Shown one piece after another: positions 47,762 through 58,114 of a stretch of DNA of 60,866 bases. Source of the DNA: an uncultured delta proteobacterium (GTDB lineage: Bacteria; Desulfobacterota; Syntrophia; Syntrophales; UBA2185); assembly GCA_963695875.1 (NCBI GenBank), contig CAVOID010000016.1, positions 1 through 60,866 of the forward strand, read 5' to 3'. Positions within the stretch are counted from its first letter, which is position 1, and every line of letters begins with the position of its first letter. A model generated the notes under the pieces. The model had not been told where the DNA came from and searched no databases. It saw only the letters and a program-made list of their open reading frames with translations. A program made the translations under genes and the position numbers.

Positions 47762-48130
47762 TTACAACACCTCGGGCGCCAGAGAAATTATCTTCATAAA
47801 CTGTTTAGCCCGTAGCTCTCGAGCCACCGGACCAAAAATTCTCGTCCCCACGGGCTCCAATTGATTCGTAATCAGGACAGCGGAATTGTCATCAAACTTC
47901 AGGTATGATCCATCAGGTCTCCTTACTTCCTTTGCGGTACGTACGACAACCGCTTTCATAACATCCCCTTTTTTTACCTTCGAATTCGGGATAGCCTCCT
48001 TCACAGACACGACAATTACATCGCCAACGCTTGCATACCTTCTTTTCGACCCGCCAAGAACCTTGATGCATGCAACCTTCTTCGCACCTGAATTATCTGC
48101 TACATTTAAGATAGTTTGCATCTGAATCAT
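47762..48130 (-). CDS. rplN: 50S ribosomal protein L14
   Basis: [21 protein letters not shown] and SLAPEVL motifs. Confidence 0.99.
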   Translation of the reverse strand: MIQMQTILNVADNSGAKKVACIKVLGGSKRRYASVGDVIVVSVKEAIPNSKVKKGDVMKAVVVRTAKEVRRPDGSYLKFDDNSAVLITNQLEPVGTRIFGPVARELRAKQFMKIISLAPEVL

Positions 48131-48195
48131 GATATCACCCTACCTGTTCAGTAATCTCATCTCTCACTGACCAGATTCTCTTTCGTTAATTTTAG

Positions 48196-48453
48196 TCACT
48201 CGGCCTTTTCAAGTATTGTGCGCATCCGCCACCGCTTTTCCCCGCTCAATGGCCTCGACTCGACAATGAGTACTTTATCACCAATATTACAGCTATTTCC
48301 CTCATCATGGGCTTTATACTTGACATATCGTCTTATATATTTATGAAATACGGGATGCTTGACAAGCCTCTCTGCACGGACAACGATTGTCTTGTCCATC
48401 TTATTGCTGACTACCACGCCTTTGATGATTCTTTTATTACCGCGCTCCCTCAT
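48196..48453 (-). CDS. rpsQ: 30S ribosomal protein S17
   Basis: [19 protein letters not shown] and ESRPLS..KRW motifs. Confidence 0.98.
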   Translation of the reverse strand: MRERGNKRIIKGVVVSNKMDKTIVVRAERLVKHPVFHKYIRRYVKYKAHDEGNSCNIGDKVLIVESRPLSGEKRWRMRTILEKAE

Positions 48454-48455
48454 GT

Positions 48456-48647
48456 CTATTGAACCTCCCTTTCCCTAAGTACCGTCTTTACGCGTGCAAT
48501 ATTTCTTCGTACGGAACGCATTGTAGCAGGAGATTCCAACTGCCCGGATGTATGTCGCAGACGGAGCTTGAAAAGTTCCTCAACAAGCTCTTTATTCTTC
48601 TGTACCAACTCATCAATACCAAGATCTCTTATCTCTTTAATCTTCAC
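48456..48647 (-). CDS. rpmC: 50S ribosomal protein L29
   Basis: ELFKLR...GQL and RRNIARVKT motifs. Confidence 0.97.
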   Translation of the reverse strand: MKIKEIRDLGIDELVQKNKELVEELFKLRLRHTSGQLESPATMRSVRRNIARVKTVLREREVQ

Positions 48648-49060
48648 CCAACCATCTCCCTCGATAGAAACTTAGTCGCAATGGGAAGTTTATGAGCAGC
48701 TAGTCTGAAGGCCTCACGGGCAACATCTTCAGAAACCCCTTCCATCTCATAAAGTACTACGCCTGGCTTTACTACTGCAACCCATCCCTCCGGCGCTCCC
48801 TTTCCTTTCCCCATACGAGTTTCAGCCGGTTTTTTAGTTATTGATTTATGAGGAAATATCCTTATCCAGATTTTCCCTCCCCGCTTGACATGTCGGGTCA
48901 TGGCAACTCGCGCAGCTTCAATTTGTCGGGCTGTTATCCACCCGCACTCAGTTGCCTGAAGGCCATACTCACCAAAGGCTACGGAACTTCCCCTGGTTGC
49001 CTTACCACTCATACGACCTCTTTGCAACTTTCTGTACTTAACCCTCTTTGGCATCAACAT
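48644..49060 (-). CDS. rplP: 50S ribosomal protein L16
   Basis: [18 protein letters not shown] and ETRMGKGKG motifs. Confidence 0.99.
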   Translation of the reverse strand: MLMPKRVKYRKLQRGRMSGKATRGSSVAFGEYGLQATECGWITARQIEAARVAMTRHVKRGGKIWIRIFPHKSITKKPAETRMGKGKGAPEGWVAVVKPGVVLYEMEGVSEDVAREAFRLAAHKLPIATKFLSREMVG

Positions 49061-49105
49061 AATTCAACAACCCCACCGCAAAAAACTCTGAATCCTGAAC
49101 ATGCT

Positions 49106-49311
49106 ATCCTAAATCCTAACCAATATCGAAATCCAAATGTGAAGCTCCCCGCCCACAGGGCGGGGCTTCCCGGAAAAGAAACTATGCTTGCATTGCACCC
49201 CTTATGCCCGCCTACAAGGTGGGGCTTGCGGGATATGCTCCCGGTCAAAACGTTCAGGACTTATATTTGAAATTCAACTTAGTTTAGAATTCCGATATTA
49301 GGATTTCGGAT
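49106..49311. repeat. Imperfect palindrome of about 7-bp AAATCCN-type units (copy 2), interrupted by a nested insertion
   Basis: ATCCTAAATCCTAA (49106-19) pairs at 13 of 14 positions with TTAGGATTTCGGAT (49298-311). Confidence 0.65.
49139..49243 (-). mobile_element. 105-bp non-autonomous IS200/IS605-type element
   Basis: On the minus strand it follows TTGAC and ends GAAGCCCCGCCCTGTGGGCGGGGAGCTTCAC. It has two related subterminal GC hairpins and no target duplication. Confidence 0.7.
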
Positions 49312-49317
49312 ATAATT

Positions 49318-49968
49318 CTACTTAATAGTTGTTTCCTTTTTACCGGGCAGAACCTCCCCATGGAATATCCACACTTTTACACCAATAAGTCCATAAGCCG
49401 TATTTGCCTCTGCAAACCCCCAGTCTATATCAGCCCTCAGTGTATGCAGGGGAACTCTTCCTTCTCTGTACCATTCAGACCTCGCCATCTCAGCTCCGCC
49501 GAGTCTGCCGGCGCAATTCACTCTGATTCCTTTGGCACCGAATTTGAGAGAAGAGGTAACACATTTTTTCATTGCTCTCCTGAAAGCAACGCGCCGCTCG
49601 AGCTGAAGGGCAACATTCTCAGCAACAAGCTGTGCATCGACTTCAGGTTTACGTACCTCAAGAATGTTGATAATAATCTCGCTCTTTGAAACATCTTCAA
49701 GCTCCTTCTTCAGTTTCTCGATTTCTGAGCCCTTCTTACCGATAATGATTCCCGGACGAGCTGCATAAATGTTGACTTTGGCTTTGTTGGCAGCCCTTTC
49801 TATCTCTATCCTTGAAACACCGGCGTGATATAATTTCTTCTTGAGATATCTTCTGATATTTATATCTTCATGAACCAATTCACTGTAATTTTTCTCCGAA
49901 AACCACTGTGATCGCCACGTCTTTATACCACCTAACCTGAAACCGATCGGGTTAACCTTCTGCCCCAA
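49318..49968 (-). CDS. rpsC: 30S ribosomal protein S3
   Basis: [33 protein letters not shown] and [10 protein letters not shown] motifs. Confidence 0.99.
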   Translation of the reverse strand: MGQKVNPIGFRLGGIKTWRSQWFSEKNYSELVHEDINIRRYLKKKLYHAGVSRIEIERAANKAKVNIYAARPGIIIGKKGSEIEKLKKELEDVSKSEIIINILEVRKPEVDAQLVAENVALQLERRVAFRRAMKKCVTSSLKFGAKGIRVNCAGRLGGAEMARSEWYREGRVPLHTLRADIDWGFAEANTAYGLIGVKVWIFHGEVLPGKKETTIK

Positions 49969-49987
49969 TCTTTCACCTCCTCAAGAT

Positions 49988-50320
49988 TTACTCTTCATCC
50001 AAAATAATGGTTATGTGACTCATCCTTTTTTTTATCGATGCTGCCCTTCCCTGGGCCCTCGCTCTCCATCGCTTCAGCGAAGGACCCTGATCCACAAAAA
50101 TTTCCTTCACATAAAGGATACTCTCATCTATGTTAGGGTTTTGCTTTGCATTGGCAATGGCGGATTTCAAAACCTTATTGACAACGCCCGCAGAATATTT
50201 TCTTGTAAATTGCAGTATTTTCTTTGCTTCTTCAATGTTCTTCCCCCTCACTAAATCCACTACCAATCGCGCCTTCTGAGGAGAAACCCGAATATATTTG
50301 GCAATTGCTTTTGCTTCCAT
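49988..50320 (-). CDS. rplV: 50S ribosomal protein L22
   Basis: IRVSPQKARLV and RAQGRA..I.KR.SHIT motifs. Confidence 0.98.
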   Translation of the reverse strand: MEAKAIAKYIRVSPQKARLVVDLVRGKNIEEAKKILQFTRKYSAGVVNKVLKSAIANAKQNPNIDESILYVKEIFVDQGPSLKRWRARAQGRAASIKKRMSHITIILDEE

Positions 50321-50370
50321 ATCACTATACTCCAGAACGCAGATCTCAAATACAACTAATTTATCTCTTT

Positions 50371-50537
50371 GAGAAAATTCAAAATTCGATTCAGGTAGCG
50401 CGAATCAAAGATTTTTTCGGGTACCATGCCATCGTAACGACGCGCCTGCAAAGGCAGATGTCTGAGTGCAAAAGGGCGAGATGCTGCATGGTCGAAAAAA
50501 GATTTTGAGCGTGCCGAATCCAATTTTGGAAGCTCCT
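50371..50537. mobile_element. MITE-like long imperfect palindrome (about 165 bp)
   Basis: Nested inverted repeats CAAAATTcGATTC/GAATCcAATTTTG, TTTTTTCG/CGAAAAAA and ACCATGC/GCATGGT; a second copy is at 45105-45200. Confidence 0.7.
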
Positions 50538-50538
50538 A

Positions 50539-50820
50539 TTATTTACGTACTTTCGTCTTTCTATCACCTGCATGGCTGAAAAACGTTCTCGTTGGTGCAA
50601 ATTCACCGAGCTTGTGTCCCACCATATTTTCAGTAACAAAAATTGGAATAAATTTCTTCCCATTATGCACTGCAAAGGTGTGCCCTATCAATTCAGGAGT
50701 AACCGTTGAACGGCGAGACCAAGTCTTAATAACACTTTTACTTCCCGATTCTTCAGCTTTCCTGACCTTTTCGAGAAGTTTCTCATTGATATATGCCCCC
50801 TTTTTAATTGAACGCGCCAC
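50539..50820 (-). CDS. rpsS: 30S ribosomal protein S19
   Basis: IKTWSRRS and [13 protein letters not shown] motifs. Confidence 0.99.
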   Translation of the reverse strand: MARSIKKGAYINEKLLEKVRKAEESGSKSVIKTWSRRSTVTPELIGHTFAVHNGKKFIPIFVTENMVGHKLGEFAPTRTFFSHAGDRKTKVRK

Positions 50821-50823
50821 CTT

Positions 50824-51645
50824 CTAACCTCTTCTCTTTACGATGTATTTATCAGTCTTCTTATTTTTCCGCGTTTTATGTCCTTTCGTTGGAACACCCC
50901 ACGGTGTACAGGGATGTCTTCCACCAGATGACTTTCCTTCGCCCCCACCCATAGGATGATCGACTGGATTCATCGCCACGCCTCGTACCTTCGGACGCCT
51001 TCCCAACCATCTCGTCCGACCGGCTTTACCGATGCTGACATTCTCATGATCAATATTGCCCACCTGCCCGATGGTTGCCTTACATGCGAGCAATATTTTT
51101 CTCACCTCTCCGGAAGGAAGTCTTACCTGGGCATATCCTTCCTCCTTGGCCATAAGCTGCCCATATGTCCCCGCAGACCGGATCAACTGGCCTCCGCGAC
51201 CAACCTTGAGTTCTACGTTATGGATAAGGGAACCGAGGGGAATATTTTTTAGAGGAATTGCATTCCCCGGTTTGATATCCGCTTTCTCAGAGCTTAGGAT
51301 AGTATCCCCTACCTCCAGTTTTGCAGGAGCAATGATATACCGTTTTTCACCATCGATATAGTTCAACAACGCAATTCTTGAACTCCGATTGGGATCATAT
51401 TCTACTTGCGCAACTTTGGCGGGGATTTCCACTTTGTCACGCCTGAAATCAATTATCCTGTATCGCCTCTTATGACCACCCCCAATGTGCCTGCTTGTCA
51501 TCCTCCCGTAACAATTCCGCCCCCCCGTCCCTTTGAGAGGCAGGAGCAAACTTTTTTCAGGTACCGTTCGGGTAATTTCCTCGAAGTCCGAGCAGGTCTG
51601 AAATCTTCTGCCCGGTGATGTGGGTTTGTATTTTCTTATAGCCAT
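50824..51645 (-). CDS. rplB: 50S ribosomal protein L2
   Basis: GGGHKR.YR.IDF, EYDPNR and [17 protein letters not shown] motifs. Confidence 0.99.
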   Translation of the reverse strand: MAIRKYKPTSPGRRFQTCSDFEEITRTVPEKSLLLPLKGTGGRNCYGRMTSRHIGGGHKRRYRIIDFRRDKVEIPAKVAQVEYDPNRSSRIALLNYIDGEKRYIIAPAKLEVGDTILSSEKADIKPGNAIPLKNIPLGSLIHNVELKVGRGGQLIRSAGTYGQLMAKEEGYAQVRLPSGEVRKILLACKATIGQVGNIDHENVSIGKAGRTRWLGRRPKVRGVAMNPVDHPMGGGEGKSSGGRHPCTPWGVPTKGHKTRKNKKTDKYIVKRRG

Positions 51646-51666
51646 CCGACCTTATCTCTCTTCCGT

Positions 51667-51951
51667 TTATACCCCTTCATGAATTTCAATACGACTGCCG
51701 GAGGCAAGGGTGACAATGGCCTTTTTCCATGAACGCTTCTCACCCATAATCCTCCCGACCCTCTTTTTCTTTCCTATCACATTCATGATACGAACATCCA
51801 AGACTTTTACTTTAAAGAGCTTTTCCACTGCTTTGGCAACCTCTATTTTGTTTGCCCTTTGATCCACTTCAAAGATGTATTTATTTTCGTCTTTTGCAAT
51901 GGTACTCTTCTCAGTAATCAGCGCCCTTCTAATAATGCGATACATATCCAT
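51667..51951 (-). CDS. rplW: 50S ribosomal protein L23
   Basis: LITEKS, ANK.EV..AVEKLF.VKV and WKKAIVTL motifs. Confidence 0.98.
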   Translation of the reverse strand: MDMYRIIRRALITEKSTIAKDENKYIFEVDQRANKIEVAKAVEKLFKVKVLDVRIMNVIGKKKRVGRIMGEKRSWKKAIVTLASGSRIEIHEGV

Positions 51952-52574
51952 TATGATAATAACGCCCCTTCAATCATCTTAACAGACGGTTCAAAGAGAA
52001 CCACATGATCATAGTTCAGAAGGTCATAAACATTAATTCCTTCTGATCGAATTAATTTGATTCCCTGAATATTTCTTGATGATTTCTCCAAGACAGGATC
52101 TGATTTGTCCGCAACAAGCAGGGCTTTTTTCAAACCGAATCGATCAACAATCTCTTTGAATTTCTTTGTCTTGATTTCATCCATGGGAAAGTCTTTCAAA
52201 ATCAGCATCCTTCCTTCCTTTACCTTCATACTCAGGGCCGACATCAAGGCAAGTTTTCTCACTTTCTTCGGAACTTTGTACGCATAACTCCGCGGGTGGG
52301 GTCCGAATACAATTCCACCACCCCTCCACAGAGGAGATCTTATTGTACCGGCTCTTGCCCTGCCTGTGCCTTTCTGGCGCCATGGTTTCCTGCCGCCACC
52401 TCTGACGTCTTGTCTTCTCTTAGTCGATGCCGTTCCGCTTCTTCTAGAAGCCATCTGCATTCTCACGACATCATACAGGACTGCTTCATTGACCTCTGCT
52501 CCAAAAACGGCTTCACTCAATTCGATCTCTGAGATCTTGTTATTCTCAATATCGTATACCCCAGCAACTGGCAT
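51951..52574 (-). CDS. rplD: 50S ribosomal protein L4
   Basis: [18 protein letters not shown] and [11 protein letters not shown] motifs. Confidence 0.98.
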   Translation of the reverse strand: MPVAGVYDIENNKISEIELSEAVFGAEVNEAVLYDVVRMQMASRRSGTASTKRRQDVRGGGRKPWRQKGTGRARAGTIRSPLWRGGGIVFGPHPRSYAYKVPKKVRKLALMSALSMKVKEGRMLILKDFPMDEIKTKKFKEIVDRFGLKKALLVADKSDPVLEKSSRNIQGIKLIRSEGINVYDLLNYDHVVLFEPSVKMIEGALLS

Positions 52575-52595
52575 TTTATCCACTCCAGACCCTGT

Positions 52596-53228
52596 TTAAC
52601 CACCCAGTTTGATAGATTGCCTTATGGTGACAACACTATTTTTGCAGCCCGGAATCGATCCTTTAACTAAAATCAGATTTCTTTCCGGCCTTACACCCAT
52701 GACCAATAAATTCTGTACAGTTTTTCTCACATCTCCCATATGTCCCGGAAGCCTTTTCCCCTTGAAAACCCGGGAAGGTTCTGCACTTGCCCCAATAGAA
52801 CCGGGAGCCCTGTGAAACATCGATCCATGCGTTGCCCGGCCGCCCCGGAAACCATGTCTCTTCACAACACCAGCAAAACCCTTGCCTTTGGTGGTTCCCA
52901 CAATGTCCACATAATCGCCTACCTGAAATATGTCGACCTTCAGTTCCTGCCCTAATTCATAGCCGTCTGCATCAGCTCCAAACTCTCTAAGAAAGCGGAA
53001 AAATCCTTTATTCGCTTTCCCAAAATGGCCCTGCAAGGACTTCGTCACATTTTTCTGGCGAATGCGGCCATAGCCCAGTTGTATCGAATCATAGCCATCA
53101 GTTTTTTTTGTTTTTTTCTGAATAACTACGGATGGCTCAGCCTCAATGACCGTTACCGGAACAGCTTCACCGTCTTCCGCAAAAATTTGTGTCATGCCTA
53201 ATTTTCTTCCGATTAGTAACTTCTTCAT
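52596..53228 (-). CDS. rplC: 50S ribosomal protein L3
   Basis: [21 protein letters not shown] and HRAPGSIG motifs. Confidence 0.99.
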   Translation of the reverse strand: MKKLLIGRKLGMTQIFAEDGEAVPVTVIEAEPSVVIQKKTKKTDGYDSIQLGYGRIRQKNVTKSLQGHFGKANKGFFRFLREFGADADGYELGQELKVDIFQVGDYVDIVGTTKGKGFAGVVKRHGFRGGRATHGSMFHRAPGSIGASAEPSRVFKGKRLPGHMGDVRKTVQNLLVMGVRPERNLILVKGSIPGCKNSVVTIRQSIKLGG

Positions 53229-53251
53229 GTTCTTCCCACAGTGTCTTGCAT

Positions 53252-53416
53252 CTTCATAAAAAACCCATATTCAGCATTTTGCTTCAGCCTTCACCACTGC
53301 AGCGTATCTCTATGTACGTCTCATTCCTCAGGCTTTGTGGTTATTGCTTATCGAGTTTTCTATGAGGCAGCCTATATTTTTCAACCCAGTTAGCAACTTT
53401 TTACGAGAGAGCCAAT
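53252..53416. repeat. Degenerate palindromic interspersed element in the rpsJ-rplC spacer
   Basis: CTTCATAAAAAACCC (53252-66) pairs at 12 of 15 positions with GAGTTTTCTATGAGG (53353-67). There is an extra arm ACTTTTTACGAG (53396-407) and an inner CGTA...TACG. Confidence 0.5.
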
Positions 53417-53508
53417 ATTTTAAATAAATGACATACTTACCTGTGGCATGAGACATTAAAAAGATGGATACTTAGATCCATCGTTAATCATGCTGTCTTA
53501 CGCATGAC

Positions 53509-53817
53509 CTATAATTTTATCTCAACATCCACGCCGGCAGACAGGTCCAATTTCATCAGGGCATCGACAGTCGATTGCGTCGGTTCAATTATATCAATAA
53601 GTCTTTTATGCGTCCTGATCTCAAACTGCTCCCTCGATTTTTTGTCCACATGGGGAGATCGATTGACGCAATATTTGTTGATTTCCGTGGGCAGCGGAAT
53701 GGGTCCAGCCACACGGGCGCCCGTCCTTTTTGCCGTCTCAACAATATCCTCTACAGACCGATCCAGCAGTTTGTAATCATATGCCTTGAGGCGGATTCTT
53801 ATTTTTTGATCTTTCAT
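53509..53817 (-). CDS. rpsJ: 30S ribosomal protein S10
   Basis: [16 protein letters not shown] and [19 protein letters not shown] motifs. Confidence 0.99.
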   Translation of the reverse strand: MKDQKIRIRLKAYDYKLLDRSVEDIVETAKRTGARVAGPIPLPTEINKYCVNRSPHVDKKSREQFEIRTHKRLIDIIEPTQSTVDALMKLDLSAGVDVEIKL

Positions 53818-53838
53818 CTTCAACTTGTCACTTGCATT

Positions 53839-55032
53839 TTATTCAATTATCTTACTAACCACACCGGCTCCGACAGTTCTGCCGCCTTCTCTGATGGCGA
53901 ACCTGAGCTGTTCTTCCATAGCAATCGGAGTAATCAACTCTACTTCCACCTCCACATTGTCTCCGGGCATCACCATTTCTACACCTTCAGGCAGCGTACA
54001 AATTCCTGTAACGTCAGTGGTCCTGAAATAGAACTGAGGACGATAACCTGCAAAGAATGGTGTGTGCCTGCCACCTTCTTCCTTGGTGAGGACGTAGACT
54101 GCTGCTTTAAATTTCGTATGCGGGGTTATTGATCCCGGTTTCGCCACAACCTGGCCCCTTTCAACTTCTTCACGCTTGGTACCTCTCAGGAGAATACCGA
54201 CGTCATCACCCGCCCTGCCCTCATCGAGGGTCTTGCGAAACATCTCAACCCCTGTACACACTGTCTTAAACGTAGGTCTGAAACCAACTATTTCTACTTC
54301 ATCTCCCGTTCTTATAATACCTCTTTCCATCCTGCCGGTCACCACAGTTCCTCGACCTGATATGGAAAATACATCTCCAATGGGCATAAGGAATGGTTTA
54401 TCCAGATCACGGACAGGCTCCGGTATATAATTGTCGACGGCGTCCATTAATTCCCAGATTGACTTCGCGTCGGCTGAATCCGGGTCATCGGTCTCCAGGG
54501 CCTTCAGGGCCGAACCTCTGATGATAGGAATTTCATCACCGGGGAATTCATACTGGGTCAGCAACTCTCTTAATTCAAGTTCCACCAAGTCTAGAAGTTC
54601 CGGATCATCCACTAGATCGACTTTGTTTAAATAAACTACGATGTAGGGAACCCGAACCTGTCTGGCGAGGAGGATGTGCTCTCTTGTCTGGGGCATGGGA
54701 CCGTCCGAGGCAGCCACCACCAGGATCGTTCCGTCCATGTGAGCAGCTCCCGATATCATGTTCTTGATATAGTCAGCGTGGCCGGGGCAGTCAACGTGGG
54801 CATAATGTCTTTTCGCCGTCTCATACTCCACATGAGCTACATTGATGGTAACACCCCTTTCCTTTTCTTCCGGTGCGTTATCTATGGAATCAAAGGGCCT
54901 GAACTCGGCCAATCCCTTTTTTTGCAAGTGCTTCGTAATTGCAGCTGTCAGGGTTGTTTTACCATGATCTACGTGCCCGATGGTGCCGATATTCACATGT
55001 GGTTTGGTCCTCTCAAACTTCTTCTTAGCCAT
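53839..55032 (-). CDS. tuf: Elongation factor Tu
   Basis: [31 protein letters not shown] and [10 protein letters not shown] motifs. Confidence 0.99.
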   Translation of the reverse strand: MAKKKFERTKPHVNIGTIGHVDHGKTTLTAAITKHLQKKGLAEFRPFDSIDNAPEEKERGVTINVAHVEYETAKRHYAHVDCPGHADYIKNMISGAAHMDGTILVVAASDGPMPQTREHILLARQVRVPYIVVYLNKVDLVDDPELLDLVELELRELLTQYEFPGDEIPIIRGSALKALETDDPDSADAKSIWELMDAVDNYIPEPVRDLDKPFLMPIGDVFSISGRGTVVTGRMERGIIRTGDEVEIVGFRPTFKTVCTGVEMFRKTLDEGRAGDDVGILLRGTKREEVERGQVVAKPGSITPHTKFKAAVYVLTKEEGGRHTPFFAGYRPQFYFRTTDVTGICTLPEGVEMVMPGDNVEVEVELITPIAMEEQLRFAIREGGRTVGAGVVSKIIE

Positions 55033-55079
55033 ATCCATTACCTCCTTCAACTTTAATGGTTCGTTTGTTCGCTATACTT

Positions 55080-57167
55080 TTAATCCTCATCGAATGACTT
55101 TATTCTGTCAATGACCAGTCTTGCCTGACTCTCGGACACAGCATGGTAATTCAGAAAATGCATGGTAAAGGTCGCCCTTCCCTGCGTTTTTGATCTGAGG
55201 TCGGTGGCATAACCGAACATCTCTGCCAGAGGAACCTCGGCATTGATGGCCTCTAAAGATGGCCTCGACTCAATGCTTACAATATTTCCCCGTCTTCCCG
55301 TAAGATTCCCGATAACATCACCCATATATTCCTTGGGAACTATGACTTCCACTGACATTATGGGCTCCAGCAAGATAGGGTGAGCCCTTTTTATCCCACT
55401 CTTAAATGCCATGGAGGCCGCTATTTTAAAGGCCATATCAGAAGAATCTACTGCGTGAAAAGAACCATCTACAGCACTGACAATCACATCCACTACGGGA
55501 AAGCCTGCGAGCACTCCTTCCTCCATAGCTTCAAAAACGCCCTTCTGCACTGCCGGAACATACTCGCCGGGGATTACACCACCTACTATCTTGTTCCTGA
55601 ATTCAAAACCTTTGCCCGGTTCATTGGGTTCAATCTCCAGCCAAACATGACCATACTGGCCCCTACCGCCTGACTGTTTAACAAACCTGCCCTCAGATCT
55701 GATACTCTTTCTGATGGTCTCTTTGTATGCCACCTGTGGATTACCGATGTTAGCGCCTAATCCAAATTCTCTCGAAAGGCGATCTACAATAATCTCTAAA
55801 TGCAGTTCTCCCATTCCTGATATTAGAGTTTGACCTGTGTCCTTATCGACTTTAACCCTGAAGGAAGGATCTTCACGAGAGATCTTTCGGAGCGCCGTGT
55901 CCAGTTTTTCCTCATCTGCCTTCGTTTTTGGTTCTATGGCTATGGCGATAACTGGATCGGGGAACTCCAGATTTTCCAGGACAAGAGGATATCTCATATC
56001 ACAAAGAGTATCACCTGTCGTCGTCAGATTTAAACCTACAGCTGCAGCAATATCACCAGTGCGAACTTCCTTAATCTCCTCTCTCTTATTGGCATGCATC
56101 TTGAGTAATCGGCCTATTCGTTCTTTTTTTCTCTTAGATGCATTGTACACATAGGAACCGGCAGCGAGGATGCCAGAATACACCCTGAAATAGGTTAACT
56201 GGCCGACATATGGATCCGTAACAATTTTGAAGGCTAATGCAGAAAAATGTTCATCATCACTCGCTACCCTTTCTATTTCCTCTCCTTTCATATCCTTTCC
56301 AGATACCGAGGTCATATCCAAAGGGGAAGGGAGGTAATCGATAATGGCATCCAAGAGCGGTTGAACACCTTTATTTTTAAAGGCGGACCCGCACAATACC
56401 GGTGTCGCCTTCAAGGATAGCGTGGCCTTTCTTAGGGCACTGATAATTTCTTCTTGTGAAAGAGCTTCTTCATTGAGATATTTTCTCATCAGGTCCTCAT
56501 CATAATCCGAGAGAAACTCAATGAGCTTTTCTCTTTCCTGAAGAGAAAAATCAAGGAGATCAGGAGGAATTTCACCAACGACAAACTCGGCCCCTAGGGA
56601 ATGTTCATCGTAAATAATTGACTTCATGCGAATAAGATCGACAATCCCCCGGAAATTATCTTCGGTGCCAATTGGTATCTGGATAGGAATTGGGTGCGCA
56701 CCCAGCCTATCCCTGATAGAGGCGACAACCTTCCCGAAATCGGCTCCTACCCTGTCCATCTTATTGACGAAAATGATCCGTGGAACCCGGTACTTATCTG
56801 CCTGCCCCCATACTACCTCGGACTGGGGTTCTACACCACCAACGGCACAAAAAAGGGCGACAGCTCCATCTAAAATTCTCAAAGATCTCTCAACTTCTAT
56901 CGTAAAGTCTACATGACCGGGTGTATCAATAAGGTTTATACGGTGATTACTCCAGGTACATGTGGTAGCTGCAGCGGTAATGGTAATACCCCGTTCCTGT
57001 TCCTGCTCCATCCAGTCCATGGTGGCCGTACCCTCATCAACTTCGCCCATCCTATAGGACTCATGGGTATAAAAAAGTATCCGCTCTGTCGTTGTCGTTT
57101 TACCGGCATCAATATGCGCCATGATGCCGATATTGCGAAGATTATGTAAAGGAACAGTACGCGCCAA
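55080..57167 (-). CDS. fusA: Elongation factor G (str-operon copy)
   Basis: [34 protein letters not shown] and KQSGGRGQ motifs. Confidence 0.97.
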   Translation of the reverse strand: MARTVPLHNLRNIGIMAHIDAGKTTTTERILFYTHESYRMGEVDEGTATMDWMEQEQERGITITAAATTCTWSNHRINLIDTPGHVDFTIEVERSLRILDGAVALFCAVGGVEPQSEVVWGQADKYRVPRIIFVNKMDRVGADFGKVVASIRDRLGAHPIPIQIPIGTEDNFRGIVDLIRMKSIIYDEHSLGAEFVVGEIPPDLLDFSLQEREKLIEFLSDYDEDLMRKYLNEEALSQEEIISALRKATLSLKATPVLCGSAFKNKGVQPLLDAIIDYLPSPLDMTSVSGKDMKGEEIERVASDDEHFSALAFKIVTDPYVGQLTYFRVYSGILAAGSYVYNASKRKKERIGRLLKMHANKREEIKEVRTGDIAAAVGLNLTTTGDTLCDMRYPLVLENLEFPDPVIAIAIEPKTKADEEKLDTALRKISREDPSFRVKVDKDTGQTLISGMGELHLEIIVDRLSREFGLGANIGNPQVAYKETIRKSIRSEGRFVKQSGGRGQYGHVWLEIEPNEPGKGFEFRNKIVGGVIPGEYVPAVQKGVFEAMEEGVLAGFPVVDVIVSAVDGSFHAVDSSDMAFKIAASMAFKSGIKRAHPILLEPIMSVEVIVPKEYMGDVIGNLTGRRGNIVSIESRPSLEAINAEVPLAEMFGYATDLRSKTQGRATFTMHFLNYHAVSESQARLVIDRIKSFDED

Positions 57168-57195
57168 TTGTATCCACCAAAACCTTTAAATAAAG

Positions 57196-57666
57196 CTAGA
57201 ACCGGTAATGGGCAAACGCTTTATTCGCCTCTGCCATCTTGTGAACGCTTTCTCTCTTTTTGACAGAAGCGCCCCTGTTGTTGGCAGCATCAATCAATTC
57301 GGCGGCCAGCTTTTCTCTCATAGTTTTTTCGGCACGTTCTTTTGCATGAAGAATTAACCATCGGATTGCCAACGCAACTCTCCTCCCAGGCATAACTTCC
57401 GTTGGCACTTGGTACGTGGACCCTCCTACACGCCGTGATTTTACTTCTATCACGGGCTTGACATTATTTACGGCTTTTTCAAAAACTTCCACCGGTTGCT
57501 CTTTCGTCCTCTTTTCAATTATATCGAAGGCCCCGTAGAAAATAGATTCCGCGATGCTCTTTTTGCCCTTCCTCAATAGATTATTAATAAATTTCGCCAC
57601 AAGTTTATTGTTATACTTGGGATCTGCTATTACTTCTCTCTTAGTAATTTCTCTTCTTCTCGGCAT
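57196..57666 (-). CDS. rpsG: 30S ribosomal protein S7
   Basis: [15 protein letters not shown] and [14 protein letters not shown] motifs. Confidence 0.99.
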   Translation of the reverse strand: MPRRREITKREVIADPKYNNKLVAKFINNLLRKGKKSIAESIFYGAFDIIEKRTKEQPVEVFEKAVNNVKPVIEVKSRRVGGSTYQVPTEVMPGRRVALAIRWLILHAKERAEKTMREKLAAELIDAANNRGASVKKRESVHKMAEANKAFAHYRF

Positions 57667-57681
57667 GACCTATACTCTCAC

Positions 57682-58053
57682 TTAGCTCGGCTTTTTAGCC
57701 CCGTACTTTGATCTTCCTTGTTTTCTGTCCTGAACGCCTACGGCATCCAGGGTACCCCTAATGATATGATAACGAACACCGGGCAGATCCTTTACCCTGC
57801 CACCTCTGACTAAGACGACAGAATGTTCCTGAAGGTTATGGCCCACTCCTGGTATATAGGATGTCACCTCGTAACCACTTGCGAGACGAACCCTTGCAAC
57901 TTTTCTTAAAGCAGAATTCGGCTTTTTCGGTGTAGAGGTATATACCCTGACGCAAACTCCTCGTCTCTGCGGGGAACCCGTTAAAGCAGGTGTCGAAGTT
58001 TTCTTTTGTATCTTTGTTCTTCCCTTGCGAACCAATTGATTTACTGTCGGCAT
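57682..58053 (-). CDS. rpsL: 30S ribosomal protein S12
   Basis: [11 protein letters not shown] and [12 protein letters not shown] motifs. Confidence 0.99.
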   Translation of the reverse strand: MPTVNQLVRKGRTKIQKKTSTPALTGSPQRRGVCVRVYTSTPKKPNSALRKVARVRLASGYEVTSYIPGVGHNLQEHSVVLVRGGRVKDLPGVRYHIIRGTLDAVGVQDRKQGRSKYGAKKPS

Positions 58054-58114
58054 CATTCCTCCCAAGATCTACTCAGCCAATGTACATCTCTGTACAATAA
58101 AAGGTGTTTAGCTA

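Noticed and set aside
49054..49248. 64-aa ORF in the rpsC-rplP spacer (and the 94-aa ORF at 50391..50675)
   Set aside because: These are read through palindromic repeats, or overlap rpsS out of frame, with no recognisable protein features.
40293..53508. CRISPR array, tRNA or rRNA in the long spacers
   Set aside because: There are no regularly spaced direct repeats with unique spacers, no cloverleaf or T-loop signatures and no rRNA-like sequence.
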